Below are positions 19,504 through 30,700 of a stretch of 64,000 nucleotides of DNA, one piece after another. The notes beneath the pieces were generated by a model, which searched no databases, was not told where the DNA came from, and saw only the letters and a list, made by a program, of their open reading frames with translations. Both the position numbers and the translations under genes were made by a program. Position 1 is the first letter of the stretch, and each line of letters begins with the position of its first letter. The stretch comes from Minisyncoccota bacterium (GTDB lineage: Bacteria; Patescibacteriota; Minisyncoccia; Phycocordibacterales; UBA9973), in the NCBI GenBank assembly GCA_041659205.1, contig JBAZYS010000001.1:123166-187165 (forward strand). The letters are read 5' to 3'.

Positions 19504-20178
19504 ATGGAAAATATAAAAAATCATGGTATTTGGGTTATTGGTGCAGTATTATTAGTGTTTTCTTTTCTCTCTTTTGCGGCTGCTCAGAATTTTTCTAAGC
19601 AACAGTCTTATGTAGAGGTGAAAGGTTTATCAGAAAAAATTGTTAAAGCGGATGTTGCTATTTGGTCAATTAATTTTGATGTTAAGTCAAATAACATAGA
19701 TTCTCTCTATGCAGATATTGAAAAAAATACTTCTGCGATAAATTCATTTCTTTTAGCTAAAGGATTTGAGGCATCAGAAATAAATGTTGCTCCAGTAAAC
19801 ATTTATCAGGATACATATAAAGATGCTTTATTTAGGTATAATGCGACTACTCAACTGTCAGTTTACACAAAGAAAGTTGATACAGTTCGTTCTGCTTCCA
19901 AGGATACTTTGATTTTAGTAAAACAAGGTGTTACTTTAAATCAAAATTCAATTGCTTTTGAATTTTCTGATATAAACAGTGTTAAACCAGAAATGCTTGC
20001 AGAAGCTATAAAGAATGCAAAAGATGCAGCCGCTCAGTTTGCAAAAGAGTCGGGATCACATTTGGGTGGTGTTTCTCGGGGGAATCAAGGTGTGTTTGAT
20101 ATTACCGATAAGGATCCTGGTTCTCCTGAATACAAGAAGATTCGTGTAGTTTCTACTCTTAGGTTCCTTTTAAAATAA
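19504..20178 (+). CDS. SIMPL domain (DUF541) protein
   Basis: VEVKGLSEKIVKAD...KPEMLAEAIKNAKDAAAQFA...KKIRVVST. Confidence 0.88.
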   Translation: MENIKNHGIWVIGAVLLVFSFLSFAAAQNFSKQQSYVEVKGLSEKIVKADVAIWSINFDVKSNNIDSLYADIEKNTSAINSFLLAKGFEASEINVAPVNIYQDTYKDALFRYNATTQLSVYTKKVDTVRSASKDTLILVKQGVTLNQNSIAFEFSDINSVKPEMLAEAIKNAKDAAAQFAKESGSHLGGVSRGNQGVFDITDKDPGSPEYKKIRVVSTLRFLLK

Positions 20179-20198
20179 TATTAAATAGAAAGTAGCTC

Positions 20199-20235
20199 AC
20201 TAAAAAAAAGCCGTATTATTCGGCTTTTTTTTAGT
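20199..20235. terminator. Bidirectional terminator
   Basis: actaaaaaaaagccg-N7-cggcttttttttagt. Confidence 0.75.
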
Positions 20236-20266
20236 AGAATTGTATATTAATGTTATAATACGAGAT

Positions 20267-22897
20267 ATGAATTGGTTCAAACACATTTTTACAAAAAGTA
20301 ATAAAGATAATGAACTGATAGACTCTCTTAAGAAAAATCTTTTTGAAAAATTATACAAATTTGCACAAAATGAACCCAATTTTGCTTTTAATGAATTAAA
20401 TTCAAGAGCAGAGGGATTAAGCAATATTGAGGTAAAAAATAGATTAAAAATATATGGTTCTAATGATATTGCTGATGAAAAAAAGACAAATCATTTTTTG
20501 AAACTATTAAATATTTTAAAAGGACCTTTAAATTTACTACTTTTAGCTTTAGCCCTAGTTTCTTTTTTTGTTGGAGACATGAAGTCTTTTTGGGTAATCA
20601 TTCTAATGGTTTCCCTGAGTGTTGTTTTAAATTTTTATCAAGAAACAAAAGCTGCAATTGCTTCTGATAAGTTAAAACTAATTACGCATACTAAAACTAC
20701 TGTAATTAGAAACAATCTAAAACAGGAGATTCTATTGAGAAACGTTGTCCCGGGTGACGTTATTTATTTGTATTCAGGGACAATTATTCCAGGTGACGTG
20801 AGGTTAATCTCCTCTAAGGATTTATTTATCAATCAAGCGATGCTTACGGGTGAATCATTACCAGTAGAAAAACATGTCGTTGATTCTCTTTTGGACGAGA
20901 AAGGGGCATTAGAATTTTGTAATTTATGTTTTCTTGGTACGAGTGTCGAGTCAGGGGTAGCTACGGCTTTAGTTCTCGCTACAGGCAAAAATACATACTT
21001 GGGAAGTATTGCAACGGACATTGATAAGAATGATAACGTTTCAGATTTTAATAAAGAATTAAAACAATTTGTAATTTTGATTTTGAAATTCATGATAATT
21101 ATGGTGCCAGCTGTTTTCCTTTTAAATGGATTTTTTAAGGGTGATTGGTTTGAAGCATTTATTTTTGCGATTGCCGTCGCTGTCGGGGTTGCTCCTGAGA
21201 TGATACCGACAATCGTGGCTGTAAATTTATCTAAAGGAGCACTGGTTTTGTCAAAAAATAAAGTAATTGTAAAACACTTAGATTCAATAGAAAATCTGGG
21301 TGTGATGGATACATTATGTACAGATAAAACAGGGACACTCACAGAAGGAAAAATAATTTTGGAAAAACATCTAGATATTTATGGAAAAGAGAGTGAAGAA
21401 TCTTTACATTATGCTTTTATAAACAGTTATTTCCAGACAGGAGTTGAAAATATTATAAATGAAGCTATTTTAAAGCATGATGAAGCAAAAGAAAAACTAG
21501 AAATAGTAAATTATTCAAAAATAGATGAAATACCTTTTGATTTCAATAGGAGGAAAATGTCTGTAATCGTTAAAGACAATAAAAAAAATAAATCATTGTT
21601 AGTTTGTACGGGGGCAGTAGAGGAAATTGTTGCGTCTTGTGTAAATGTATTAGTCGATGGGAAAGTTAGTTCTTTGAAGGATTTTAGCAATGAAAAGAAA
21701 TTGTTTATAGAAAAAGAATTAAACGAAGAAGGTTTTCGGGTAGTAGCGGTAGCTTATAAAGAAACAGATATTAATAAAAAAGTATTTAATAAGGGGGATG
21801 AAGAGGACCTTACCTTTGTTGGTTTTTTAGCTTTTTTTGACCCCCCAAAACAAAGCGTTAAAGAGACGATTAAAGAATTGGAAGAAATAGGAGTAAGGGT
21901 AAAGATTCTAACTGGAGACAATGAAATAGTCACTAAAAAAATTTGTGAAGAAGTTGGTATAAAAGTTTCTAAAATACTCCTTGGTAAAGATATTGAAAAA
22001 CTAAGTGATGAAGATCTGGGGAAAGTTGTAGAAGATGTTGTCATTTTTGCAAAATTGTCTCCTTATGATAAAGAAAGAATAATAAAGGGTTTAAGAAATA
22101 GAAATCATGTGGTTGGATTTTTGGGTGATGGAATCAATGACTCTCTTTCTCTTATTGCGGCTGATATCGGTATTTCTGTTGATACTGCAGCTGACATAGC
22201 AAAAGAATCATCAGATTTAATTTTGCTTGAGAAAAGTTTACTTGTTTTAAAAGATGGAATAATTGAGGGAAGGAGAATTTTTGATAATATAATTAAATAT
22301 ATAAAAATGGCTGCTAGCTCAAACTTTGGAAATATGTTTAGCGTGGTGGGTGGAAGTATATTTCTTCCTTTTCTGCCAATGTTGCCAATACAAATTCTTA
22401 CAAATAATATGCTTTACGATTTTTCTCAAATGACGATACCCACAGATAATGTCGATGAAGATCATTTATTAAAGCCAAAAAAGTGGAATTTTAAAAACAT
22501 TAAGCGTTTTATTTTATTTTTCGGTCCAATTAGTTCACTTTTTGATTATGCTACATTTTTTGTTATGCTTTATGTTTTTAATGCCTGGACCAATCCTGAT
22601 CTTTTCCATACTGGGTGGTTCGTGGAATCTCTTCTTACTCAGACTTTGATTGTACATATTATTAGAACTAGTAAAATTCCTATTTTCCAGAGTATGGCGA
22701 GCTGGCCACTTATTGTATCTACATTAAGCGTAATAGGAATAGGAATTTATTTACCATTTTCATCATTTGCAGGAGCGTTTAAATTCTTGCCTTTGCCGCC
22801 ACTTTATTTCGTGTTATTATTTATAGGACTCTTACTATACTTTATAATTACTCAATTCCTTAAAATGTATTTTATTAAAAAATATGAGTGGATTTAG
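20267..22897 (+). CDS. mgtA: Mg2+-importing P-type ATPase (start moved to ATG 20267)
   Basis: TGES, DKTGTLT, EIPFDFNRR, TGDN, GDGIND, SSNFGNMFS and TGWFVESL motifs; TATAAT ends 7 nt before ATG 20267. Confidence 0.92.
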   Translation: MNWFKHIFTKSNKDNELIDSLKKNLFEKLYKFAQNEPNFAFNELNSRAEGLSNIEVKNRLKIYGSNDIADEKKTNHFLKLLNILKGPLNLLLLALALVSFFVGDMKSFWVIILMVSLSVVLNFYQETKAAIASDKLKLITHTKTTVIRNNLKQEILLRNVVPGDVIYLYSGTIIPGDVRLISSKDLFINQAMLTGESLPVEKHVVDSLLDEKGALEFCNLCFLGTSVESGVATALVLATGKNTYLGSIATDIDKNDNVSDFNKELKQFVILILKFMIIMVPAVFLLNGFFKGDWFEAFIFAIAVAVGVAPEMIPTIVAVNLSKGALVLSKNKVIVKHLDSIENLGVMDTLCTDKTGTLTEGKIILEKHLDIYGKESEESLHYAFINSYFQTGVENIINEAILKHDEAKEKLEIVNYSKIDEIPFDFNRRKMSVIVKDNKKNKSLLVCTGAVEEIVASCVNVLVDGKVSSLKDFSNEKKLFIEKELNEEGFRVVAVAYKETDINKKVFNKGDEEDLTFVGFLAFFDPPKQSVKETIKELEEIGVRVKILTGDNEIVTKKICEEVGIKVSKILLGKDIEKLSDEDLGKVVEDVVIFAKLSPYDKERIIKGLRNRNHVVGFLGDGINDSLSLIAADIGISVDTAADIAKESSDLILLEKSLLVLKDGIIEGRRIFDNIIKYIKMAASSNFGNMFSVVGGSIFLPFLPMLPIQILTNNMLYDFSQMTIPTDNVDEDHLLKPKKWNFKNIKRFILFFGPISSLFDYATFFVMLYVFNAWTNPDLFHTGWFVESLLTQTLIVHIIRTSKIPIFQSMASWPLIVSTLSVIGIGIYLPFSSFAGAFKFLPLPPLYFVLLFIGLLLYFIITQFLKMYFIKKYEWI

Positions 22898-22927
22898 TTG
22901 TTTAATTATTAAGACATACTTTTTGTT

Positions 22928-23428
22928 ATGAAGAAAAAAACTTTATTGAGAAAAAAAAAGAAATTAGTAATGGTCAGTGGTGGTTTTGATCCTATGCATA
23001 TTGGTCATGTGCGTATGTTTAATGAAGCAAAAAAATTAGGAACGGAGCTCGTTGTGGTTTTAAATAATGATAATTGGCTGCATTTAAAAAAGGGATATGT
23101 CTTTATGCCTCAACATGAAAGAAAAGAGATAATAGAGGCTCTAGAGGCAGTAGATAAGGTAATAATAACAGGGCATCCACCAGAAACTAAAGATATAAGT
23201 GTTTGTGAGGAATTACGAAAAATTAAGCCCCATGTTTTTGCAAATGGAGGAGATCGAAAACCTGACTGGGATCCTGTGCCTGAAGTAATGGTATGCAAAG
23301 AGCTTGGCATTGAAATGGTATATAATGTAGGTCATGGTGGAAAAGTTAGAAGTTCCTCAGATTTAGTTAAAGAAGCAAAAATTAAAGCAGCTGCTAAAAA
23401 GAAAGCTAAGCGTAGCGGTAAAAAATAA
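22928..23428 (+). CDS. HIGH-family cytidylyl/adenylyltransferase (RfaE/RibL-like)
   Basis: SGGFDPMHIGH, FANGGDR, KVRSSS. Confidence 0.85.
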   Translation: MKKKTLLRKKKKLVMVSGGFDPMHIGHVRMFNEAKKLGTELVVVLNNDNWLHLKKGYVFMPQHERKEIIEALEAVDKVIITGHPPETKDISVCEELRKIKPHVFANGGDRKPDWDPVPEVMVCKELGIEMVYNVGHGGKVRSSSDLVKEAKIKAAAKKKAKRSGKK

Positions 23429-23429
23429 A

Positions 23430-24191
23430 ATGAAACCTTTAAGTGAATTTTCAAAAAAAGATTTTAGTAAAATAAAAATGATAGTTTTTGACGTGGATGG
23501 TGTTCTTGTCCCAAGAGGGACAAAAATAAAACAAAAAGGGAATACTACTACCTTAGAAACAAAAGTAATTCATGCAAAACAAATAGAGCAAATAAAAAAA
23601 CTTTATGAGTATGGATTGTTGATAAATATTAGCTCTGGTAGAGGGCTTTACATGCTTCAAGAAATGTTCAGAGATATTCTACCCTTTGTTAGTCTTACTT
23701 ATGAGAATGGTAGTGCTACTTGGTATAAAGGGCGTGTTTATCAACATGTGAATAGTTTTGAGTACATAAAAGATATTTTTCCTAAATTAAAAAAAGTAGT
23801 AAATAAAAATAAAAAAGTAAAAGGCTTTGAACCCAAAGAATTTATCATTACAATTCATTGTAATGAAAGAGTACCTGAAATTGAAAAAATTGTAAAAAAT
23901 GAAGGAGGTCTTGTTACTGTGTGGAATGGTGAGGCTTATGATATTTTAATAAATAGAAAACAAACAAAAGCAGTAGGGTTGAGGCATGCAATGGAGATTT
24001 TTAAACTGAAAAAAGAAAACGTAATGGCGATAGGAGATAATTATAATGACCAAGAGCTTCTAAGAGAGAGTGGAATGCCTATATCAGCAGATAAAAGCAG
24101 AGTTAAGGGTAAATTTTATGTTCCTCTTAAAGGTAAATTTCTTCCGGCAGATGAGTTAATGCAAAAAATATTAGCTTTAAAAAAATCATGA
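23430..24191 (+). CDS. HAD-superfamily hydrolase, subfamily IIB
   Basis: FDVDGVL, SSGRG, ENGS, IGDNYND. Confidence 0.88.
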   Translation: MKPLSEFSKKDFSKIKMIVFDVDGVLVPRGTKIKQKGNTTTLETKVIHAKQIEQIKKLYEYGLLINISSGRGLYMLQEMFRDILPFVSLTYENGSATWYKGRVYQHVNSFEYIKDIFPKLKKVVNKNKKVKGFEPKEFIITIHCNERVPEIEKIVKNEGGLVTVWNGEAYDILINRKQTKAVGLRHAMEIFKLKKENVMAIGDNYNDQELLRESGMPISADKSRVKGKFYVPLKGKFLPADELMQKILALKKS

Positions 24192-24529
24192 AAACTCTTA
24201 TTGTAAAAAAACCCTGGGGTCAGTTTGATCAGTTTACTCATAATGAATTGACAACTGTTAAAATCCTTTCGGTTAATCAAGGTAGCTCTTTGAGCTTACA
24301 ACAACATAACCATAGAACAGAATTTTGGCGGGTTATTTCAGGGCATCCTCAGGTAACCGTCGGAAATGATACAATAATTGCAAATCCCGGGGATGAGTTT
24401 ATAATTGAAGTATTACAATTACATAGATTAGAGGCGCGAGAGGATGACGTCCAAGTCCTAGAAATCGCTTTTGGTGATTTTGATGAAAGTGATATTATAA
24501 GGATAAAGGATAAATATGGCCGCGCCTAA
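24188..24529 (+). CDS. Mannose-6-phosphate isomerase type II cupin domain
   Basis: KPWG...LSLQQHNHRTEFW...HRL...DIIRIKDKYGR. Confidence 0.88.
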   Translation: MKTLIVKKPWGQFDQFTHNELTTVKILSVNQGSSLSLQQHNHRTEFWRVISGHPQVTVGNDTIIANPGDEFIIEVLQLHRLEAREDDVQVLEIAFGDFDESDIIRIKDKYGRA

Positions 24530-25739
24530 AAAAAAGAAAACAATACAGAAAGTAGTTAAAAAAACTATCAAAAAGGTTATTGTCAAAAAAAAGACAATAA
24601 TAAAAAAATCTGCCGCAAAAATAAAAAAACTTACTAAAAAGACTACTCGTAAAACAAAAAGTAAAACTAATCGTACCCCGAAGACCTTAAAACTCTCCAG
24701 ATCATTTAATAATCCAATCATCGGGCCTAGATCTTATTCTTGGGAATCTCAAGCTGTATTTAATCCAGCTGTTGTATCTTTGGGTGGGAGGATACATCTT
24801 TTTTACAGAGCGCTTGGTGATGATGGAGTTTCACGTATTGGTTATGCTTCTAGTAAAGACGGAATAAATTTTGATGACAGACTTCTCTATCCAGTATATT
24901 TTCTGAAGAATGTGGAGGAGATAAAAGAGCACTGGCCCTTTACTTCTCCATCACGTCCTGTTTATGACACGATGCTTTATGCTTCAGGTGGTGGGTGGGG
25001 TGGCTGTGAAGACCCTCGAGCTGTGGTTATGGATGGTTACGTTTATATGACCTTTAATGTTTTTAGTGGGTGGAATACTATGCGCGTAGCGGTGACTTCA
25101 ATTAAGGAGGAAGATTTACTTGATAAAAAATGGGACTGGAAAAATTTTGCATATCTTACTCGTCCCGGTGATAGACAGAAAAATTGGGTTTTATTTCCTG
25201 AAAAAATAAATGGTAAGTTTGCGATTTTTCATAATTTAGATAAAGGTGATAGTTCAAAAGTTGCAGTAGCTTATGTAAATAAACTTGATTATTCAGAGAC
25301 ACCAGATATCAAAGATGCACCCGATCCCCAAGTATTGCCAGACCATGTGGTCGCTTGGCATAAACGTACCCGTAGCGCTGCTTCACCACCAATAAAAACC
25401 AAGGAAGGCTGGCTTCTTTTATATCATGCGATGGATAAAGAAGATGGTAATCGTTACAAACTAGGAGCATTATTGCTTGATTTAAAAGACCCTGAAAAAG
25501 TTCTTTATAGAGCAGCTCATCCTATTTTTGAACCAGATGCCTGGTACGAAAATGATTGGAAGCCAGGAATTATTTATGCAAGTGGGGCAATCGTGATAAA
25601 AGATAAACTTTTTGTTTATTATGGTGGTGGAGATAAGTATATTGGGGTAGCTTCTGTTTCACTTAATGATTTGATAGATAGTATGAAAAAGAAAGGTTCG
25701 ATAAAATTAGAAAAAAATAAATCACTGAAGTTTGAATAA
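24516..25739 (+). CDS. GH130 mannoside phosphorylase/hydrolase with Lys-rich N-terminal extension
   Basis: NPII, VFNPA, GCEDPR, KNWVLFPEKINGK, YYGGGD. Confidence 0.85.
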   Translation: MAAPKKKKTIQKVVKKTIKKVIVKKKTIIKKSAAKIKKLTKKTTRKTKSKTNRTPKTLKLSRSFNNPIIGPRSYSWESQAVFNPAVVSLGGRIHLFYRALGDDGVSRIGYASSKDGINFDDRLLYPVYFLKNVEEIKEHWPFTSPSRPVYDTMLYASGGGWGGCEDPRAVVMDGYVYMTFNVFSGWNTMRVAVTSIKEEDLLDKKWDWKNFAYLTRPGDRQKNWVLFPEKINGKFAIFHNLDKGDSSKVAVAYVNKLDYSETPDIKDAPDPQVLPDHVVAWHKRTRSAASPPIKTKEGWLLLYHAMDKEDGNRYKLGALLLDLKDPEKVLYRAAHPIFEPDAWYENDWKPGIIYASGAIVIKDKLFVYYGGGDKYIGVASVSLNDLIDSMKKKGSIKLEKNKSLKFE

Positions 25740-25744
25740 TATCT

Positions 25745-27676
25745 ATGTATGTAGCAAAAAGATCTCACCATAATCCAATCCTTACACCCTATAGAGATAA
25801 CTATTGGGAATCTTTTGCGACCTTTAATATGAGCGTCATTAAAAAAGGTAAAACTTTTTATGGTGTTTATCGTGCTATCGGAGCAGAAGATAAATTACTT
25901 ACACCTAGCCAAATTTCTATAATAGGTATTGGAAAATCAAAAGATGGTAGACATTTCGAAGACCGTATTCCTTTTATTACACCAAAAGAGGAGTGGGAAA
26001 AATACGGCTGTGAAGATCCAAGAATTACATTTTTTGAGGGTAAATATTATACTTTTTATACCGCGCTTTCGAAATTTCCTTTTGAGGCGAGTGGAATCAA
26101 GGTAGCGGTAGCAATTTCAAAGGATTTAAAAAAAGTAAGTGAACGTCATTTGGTGACACCTTTTAATGCAAAAGCGATGACGCTTTTTCCAGAACGTATA
26201 AATGGAAAGATTACAGTTATTGTGACAGTAAATACAGACATGCCTCCTACAAAAATTGCCGTAGCTCAAGTTAATAAAATAGAAGAATTATGGAATCAAA
26301 AATTTTGGGATAAATGGTATGCAAAAATTGATGAACATGTAATTGATTTAAAAAGGGTCCCTACTGATCATACAGAAATTGGTGCTCCTCCGATAAAAAC
26401 CACCCACGGCTGGCTTATTTTATATTCTCATATACAGCACTATTTTTATTCACCTGATAATCATGACCGTATTTTTGGAATTGAGGCAGTCCTTCTCGAT
26501 TTTGAGAATCCTTTGAAGATACTGGGACGCACTCGTGGTCCGATATTAGTACCCAGTGAGGCATACGAACTTCTAGGTCATGTTCCGAATATAGTGTTTC
26601 CTTCTGGGGCTATTTTGGACAAGGATGTTCTCTCTATTTATTATGGAGCGGCAGATACTACTACTTGTCTTGCGCATGTAAATATTATTGACCTTGTTTC
26701 AACTATGCGCCCACAAACAAGTACAAGGTGGCACTTCTTACGTTCTTTGAATAATCCAATTATAAAACCTGATAAAACACATCCATGGGAGGCGCAAGCG
26801 ACTTTCAATCCTGCCGCTTTACGTATTCGAAATACAACTCATATATTGTATAGAGCACTTTCGGCAGACAATACTTCTACTGTTGGTTACGCATCAACTA
26901 AGGATGGTTTTTTTATTAATGAAAGATTGGTTGATCCTGTGTATATTCCAAGAGAAGGTTTTGAATTAAAAAAAATAGCTGGGGGGAATTCAGGATGTGA
27001 AGATCCCAGGCTGACAAAGATAGGGAAGACTATTTATATGTGCTATACCGCTTTTGACGGCATTGGTCCACCACGAGTAGCAGTTACTTCTATCTCAGAG
27101 AAAAATTTTCTTGCAAAAAAGTGGCAATGGGAAAAACCAATTCTAATTACCCCTGCTGGTTTTGACGACAAAGATACTTGTATTTTGTCTGAAAAAACAA
27201 AAGGAAAATATTTTGTTCTTCACCGGGTGGGTGGAGAAGTTTGTGGAGATTATTTAAAATCGCTTAATTTTACAACAGATACTATTAGGAAATGTATTAG
27301 AATTATTGGACCAAGAAAAAATAAATGGGACAGTGAAAAAGTTGGTATTTCTGCGCCACCCCTGAAGACAAAATACGGATGGCTGCTTCTTTATCATGGG
27401 ATATCTAAAAATCACCATACCTATCGCGTTGGGGCGGCACTCCTTGATATAAATGATCCAGCAATAGTGCTCGCTCGTATTTCTGATCCAATATTTGAAC
27501 CAGAAGAATCATATGAGAAAAGTGGGGTAGTTAATGATGTAGTTTTTCCATGTGGAATGGCGGAAAAAGATGGGATACTCTTTATTTATTATGGTGGAGC
27601 AGATACCGTCGTTGGGGTAGCGACAATAGAGCTCGATATTCTCCTTCGTGCTCTTACTCGAGACATAAAAAAGTGA
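25745..27676 (+). CDS. Tandem two-domain GH130 protein
   Basis: Two copies of NPI...TFN...GCEDPR...VFPxG...YYG(A/G)AD. Confidence 0.85.
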   Translation: MYVAKRSHHNPILTPYRDNYWESFATFNMSVIKKGKTFYGVYRAIGAEDKLLTPSQISIIGIGKSKDGRHFEDRIPFITPKEEWEKYGCEDPRITFFEGKYYTFYTALSKFPFEASGIKVAVAISKDLKKVSERHLVTPFNAKAMTLFPERINGKITVIVTVNTDMPPTKIAVAQVNKIEELWNQKFWDKWYAKIDEHVIDLKRVPTDHTEIGAPPIKTTHGWLILYSHIQHYFYSPDNHDRIFGIEAVLLDFENPLKILGRTRGPILVPSEAYELLGHVPNIVFPSGAILDKDVLSIYYGAADTTTCLAHVNIIDLVSTMRPQTSTRWHFLRSLNNPIIKPDKTHPWEAQATFNPAALRIRNTTHILYRALSADNTSTVGYASTKDGFFINERLVDPVYIPREGFELKKIAGGNSGCEDPRLTKIGKTIYMCYTAFDGIGPPRVAVTSISEKNFLAKKWQWEKPILITPAGFDDKDTCILSEKTKGKYFVLHRVGGEVCGDYLKSLNFTTDTIRKCIRIIGPRKNKWDSEKVGISAPPLKTKYGWLLLYHGISKNHHTYRVGAALLDINDPAIVLARISDPIFEPEESYEKSGVVNDVVFPCGMAEKDGILFIYYGGADTVVGVATIELDILLRALTRDIKK

Positions 27677-27717
27677 TATAGTAAAAATATGCTTCTTTTG
27701 GTTGCAATGAATATATA

Positions 27718-30700
27718 ATGAAAAAATTATTACTGACTCGTATTTTAATTGTTAGTACTTTCTTGTTTTGTCTCTTTTTTTCGAGAACAGCTTTTGCGGC
27801 TACTTTAACATTGGGAACTACTGGAGCACTTCCTTTTGATTTAGTAGTGGACGGGGCTGGGAACATATATACAGCGAATTATGTTGCCAGCAATGTTTCG
27901 AAAATTACTCCAGCTGGAGTTTCCACTGTGTTGGGGGTGACGGGTACGAGCCCAGTCGCCATAACTATAGATGCTGCGGGAAATGTGTACACTGCAAATT
28001 CAGGCTCAAATAATGTTTCTAAAATTACCCCAGCGGGAGTGTCAACAATTTTAGGTACTACTGGTTCAAGTCCTTACGGTATAACAATAGACGGAGCAGG
28101 CAATGTGTATACAGCGAATATTGGCTCAAACGATATTTCTAAAATTACTCCAGCAGGGGTGTCTACGATATTTGCAACAACTGGTACTAGTGCACCTTAT
28201 GACATCATTTTGGATGGCGCTGGGAATTTGTATACAGCAAATCCTGGGACGCAAGAGATTTGGAAAATTACCCCCGCTGGTGTCGCTTCTGTTTTAGGCA
28301 CCACTGCGAGTAACGCATACAACTTAGTAATGGATAGTGCCGGTAATATCTACGCGCCAAACTCTAATCCCTCATATACTATTTCTAAAATTACACCAGC
28401 GGGGGCATCTTCCATCTTCGCAGCGGTGACTGCTGACTCTAGTAATATTACAATAGACAGCATCGACAATTTATATATCTCGAATTCCTTTTTGAATAAT
28501 GTTGAGAAGATCACGCCCCTTGGTGTGCTCACGGTTGTGGGTACAACTGGTCTCTATCCGCGTTCTGTTGCGGTGGACGCCACAGGCAATATTTACACAG
28601 GAGACAGCGATTCTAACACTATAACGAAAATTACAAATCCAGCTATCACTGAAACAATACCGGTTCCTAACCCGACAACAACAGATGGTCTATTTTACAC
28701 TTTTGACTCCAATAGTGATGGAGTGATCACTTATGGAGGTTCTTGCAGTTCTGCAACAACGAATGCAGTAGTGGGGAGCAACACAATCACCTTTAATACT
28801 CTTGCAATCGGTACGTACTCTAACTGTTCAATATTTATTACCGACGGGTTTGGCCAGAGCAATACACTCAGTCTCGGATTATTTTATGTAGGTGGAAGTC
28901 ATAACGCTACCGTTTCATCTACGTCTTACACTGTCAGTGTCGGTGGTACGCCGACTGAGACGATAAGTAATGTACCTTACGGAACATCTAAAGCTACATT
29001 TCTTGCAAACTTAACTCCAAACTATGTCGTTCAAACATGGAACGATATTGGTGTTCATGACCCAGTAATTAATGGTGACACTTTGATTATTACTGCAGAA
29101 GATGGCACCACTATAGTGACTTATGATATTTCTGTAATACCTCCAAGTGCTGATGCTACAATTACATCTGCAACATATACCGTGACTGCAGGTGGGACAG
29201 CAAATGAAACTATAAGTAATGTTATGTTTGGAACATCCAAAGCTACTTTTCTTGCAAATTTAAGTCAAGGCTATCCTGTGCAGACATTGAATGATATTGG
29301 GATACATGACCCAGTGGTAAATGGTGACATACTAGTGGTAACTGCAGAAGATGGAATTACAATAGTTACCTACACAGTAGCAGTAAATCCTCAATTAGTT
29401 GGTCCGGCGTCTCTAATAGAATTAGATATTGATATTGCAGGTACAGCTAGTTTTAATTCATATGCTTATGGTCCTAAAAATAATATTTCACTAGATAATA
29501 GATATGTAGTTTTTTCTTCATCTGCAGAAAATCTTGTATTGGATGATACTAATTTAGTAACAGATATTTTTCTAAGAGATACTCAAACAAATACTACAAC
29601 TCGTGTGTCGGTAGCTACTGATGGGGCAGAAGGAAATGCGAGTTCTTATAATACTGCGATTTCTTCTGATGGAAGGTACGTAGTTTTCCAGTCAGATGCC
29701 ACTAATCTTGTATTGGATGATATTAATGGAATGACAGATATTTTTTTAAGAGATACTCAAACAAATACTACAACTCGTGTGTCAGTAGCCACCGATGGGG
29801 CAGAAGGAAATGCGAGTTCTTATAATACTGCGATTTCTTCTGATGGAAGGTACGTAGTTTTCCAATCAGATGCGACCAACTTTGTATTGGATGATACTAA
29901 TTTAGTAACAGATATTTTTCTAAGAGATACTCAAACAAATACTACAACTCGTGTGTCAGTAGCCACCGATGGAACAGAGGGAAATGATTATTCGACAGCA
30001 TCTTTTATATCTTCTGATGGAAGATATGTCGTTTTTGAATCAGTTGCGACTAACCTTGTATTGGATGATACTAATTTAACAACGGATATTTTTCTAAGAG
30101 ATACTCAAACAAATACTACAACTCGTGTGTCGGTAGCTACTGATGGAACCGAAGGGAATAATACTTCCGCTTACTCTGCTATTTCAGGGGATGGTAAATA
30201 TATTGCTTTTCGATCATATGCCACAAACCTTGTAACTGGAGATACAAATAACCAAAGAGATATTTTCTTACGGAATTTGCAAAATAATACTACTACTCGT
30301 GTCTCAGTTTCTTCTTCTGGCGTAGAAGGGGATGGTGCTTCTTATGCTCCTTCCATTTCATCTGACGGAAGATATGTAGCTTTTAGATCGCTTGCCACAA
30401 ATCTTGTAACGGGGGACATAAATAGTTTGTCTGACATTTTTGTACGAGATATTTTAAATAATATCACTACTCGTATATCACTTTCTGTGGACGGGCTAGA
30501 GTCAAACAGTAGTTCTGATTATCCTACTATTTCTGCTGATGGAAAATATGTTGCTTTTCAGTCAAATGCTACAAATCTTATTCCTGATATTCCAGGTTCT
30601 GGCCAGGGTAATTATTATTTAGCTAGAGTTAGAGATCCCATTATTGTCACCCCTGTTCCACAAGATAGTGGTCCGGTTATATTAACTTATGCAGGTAGAG

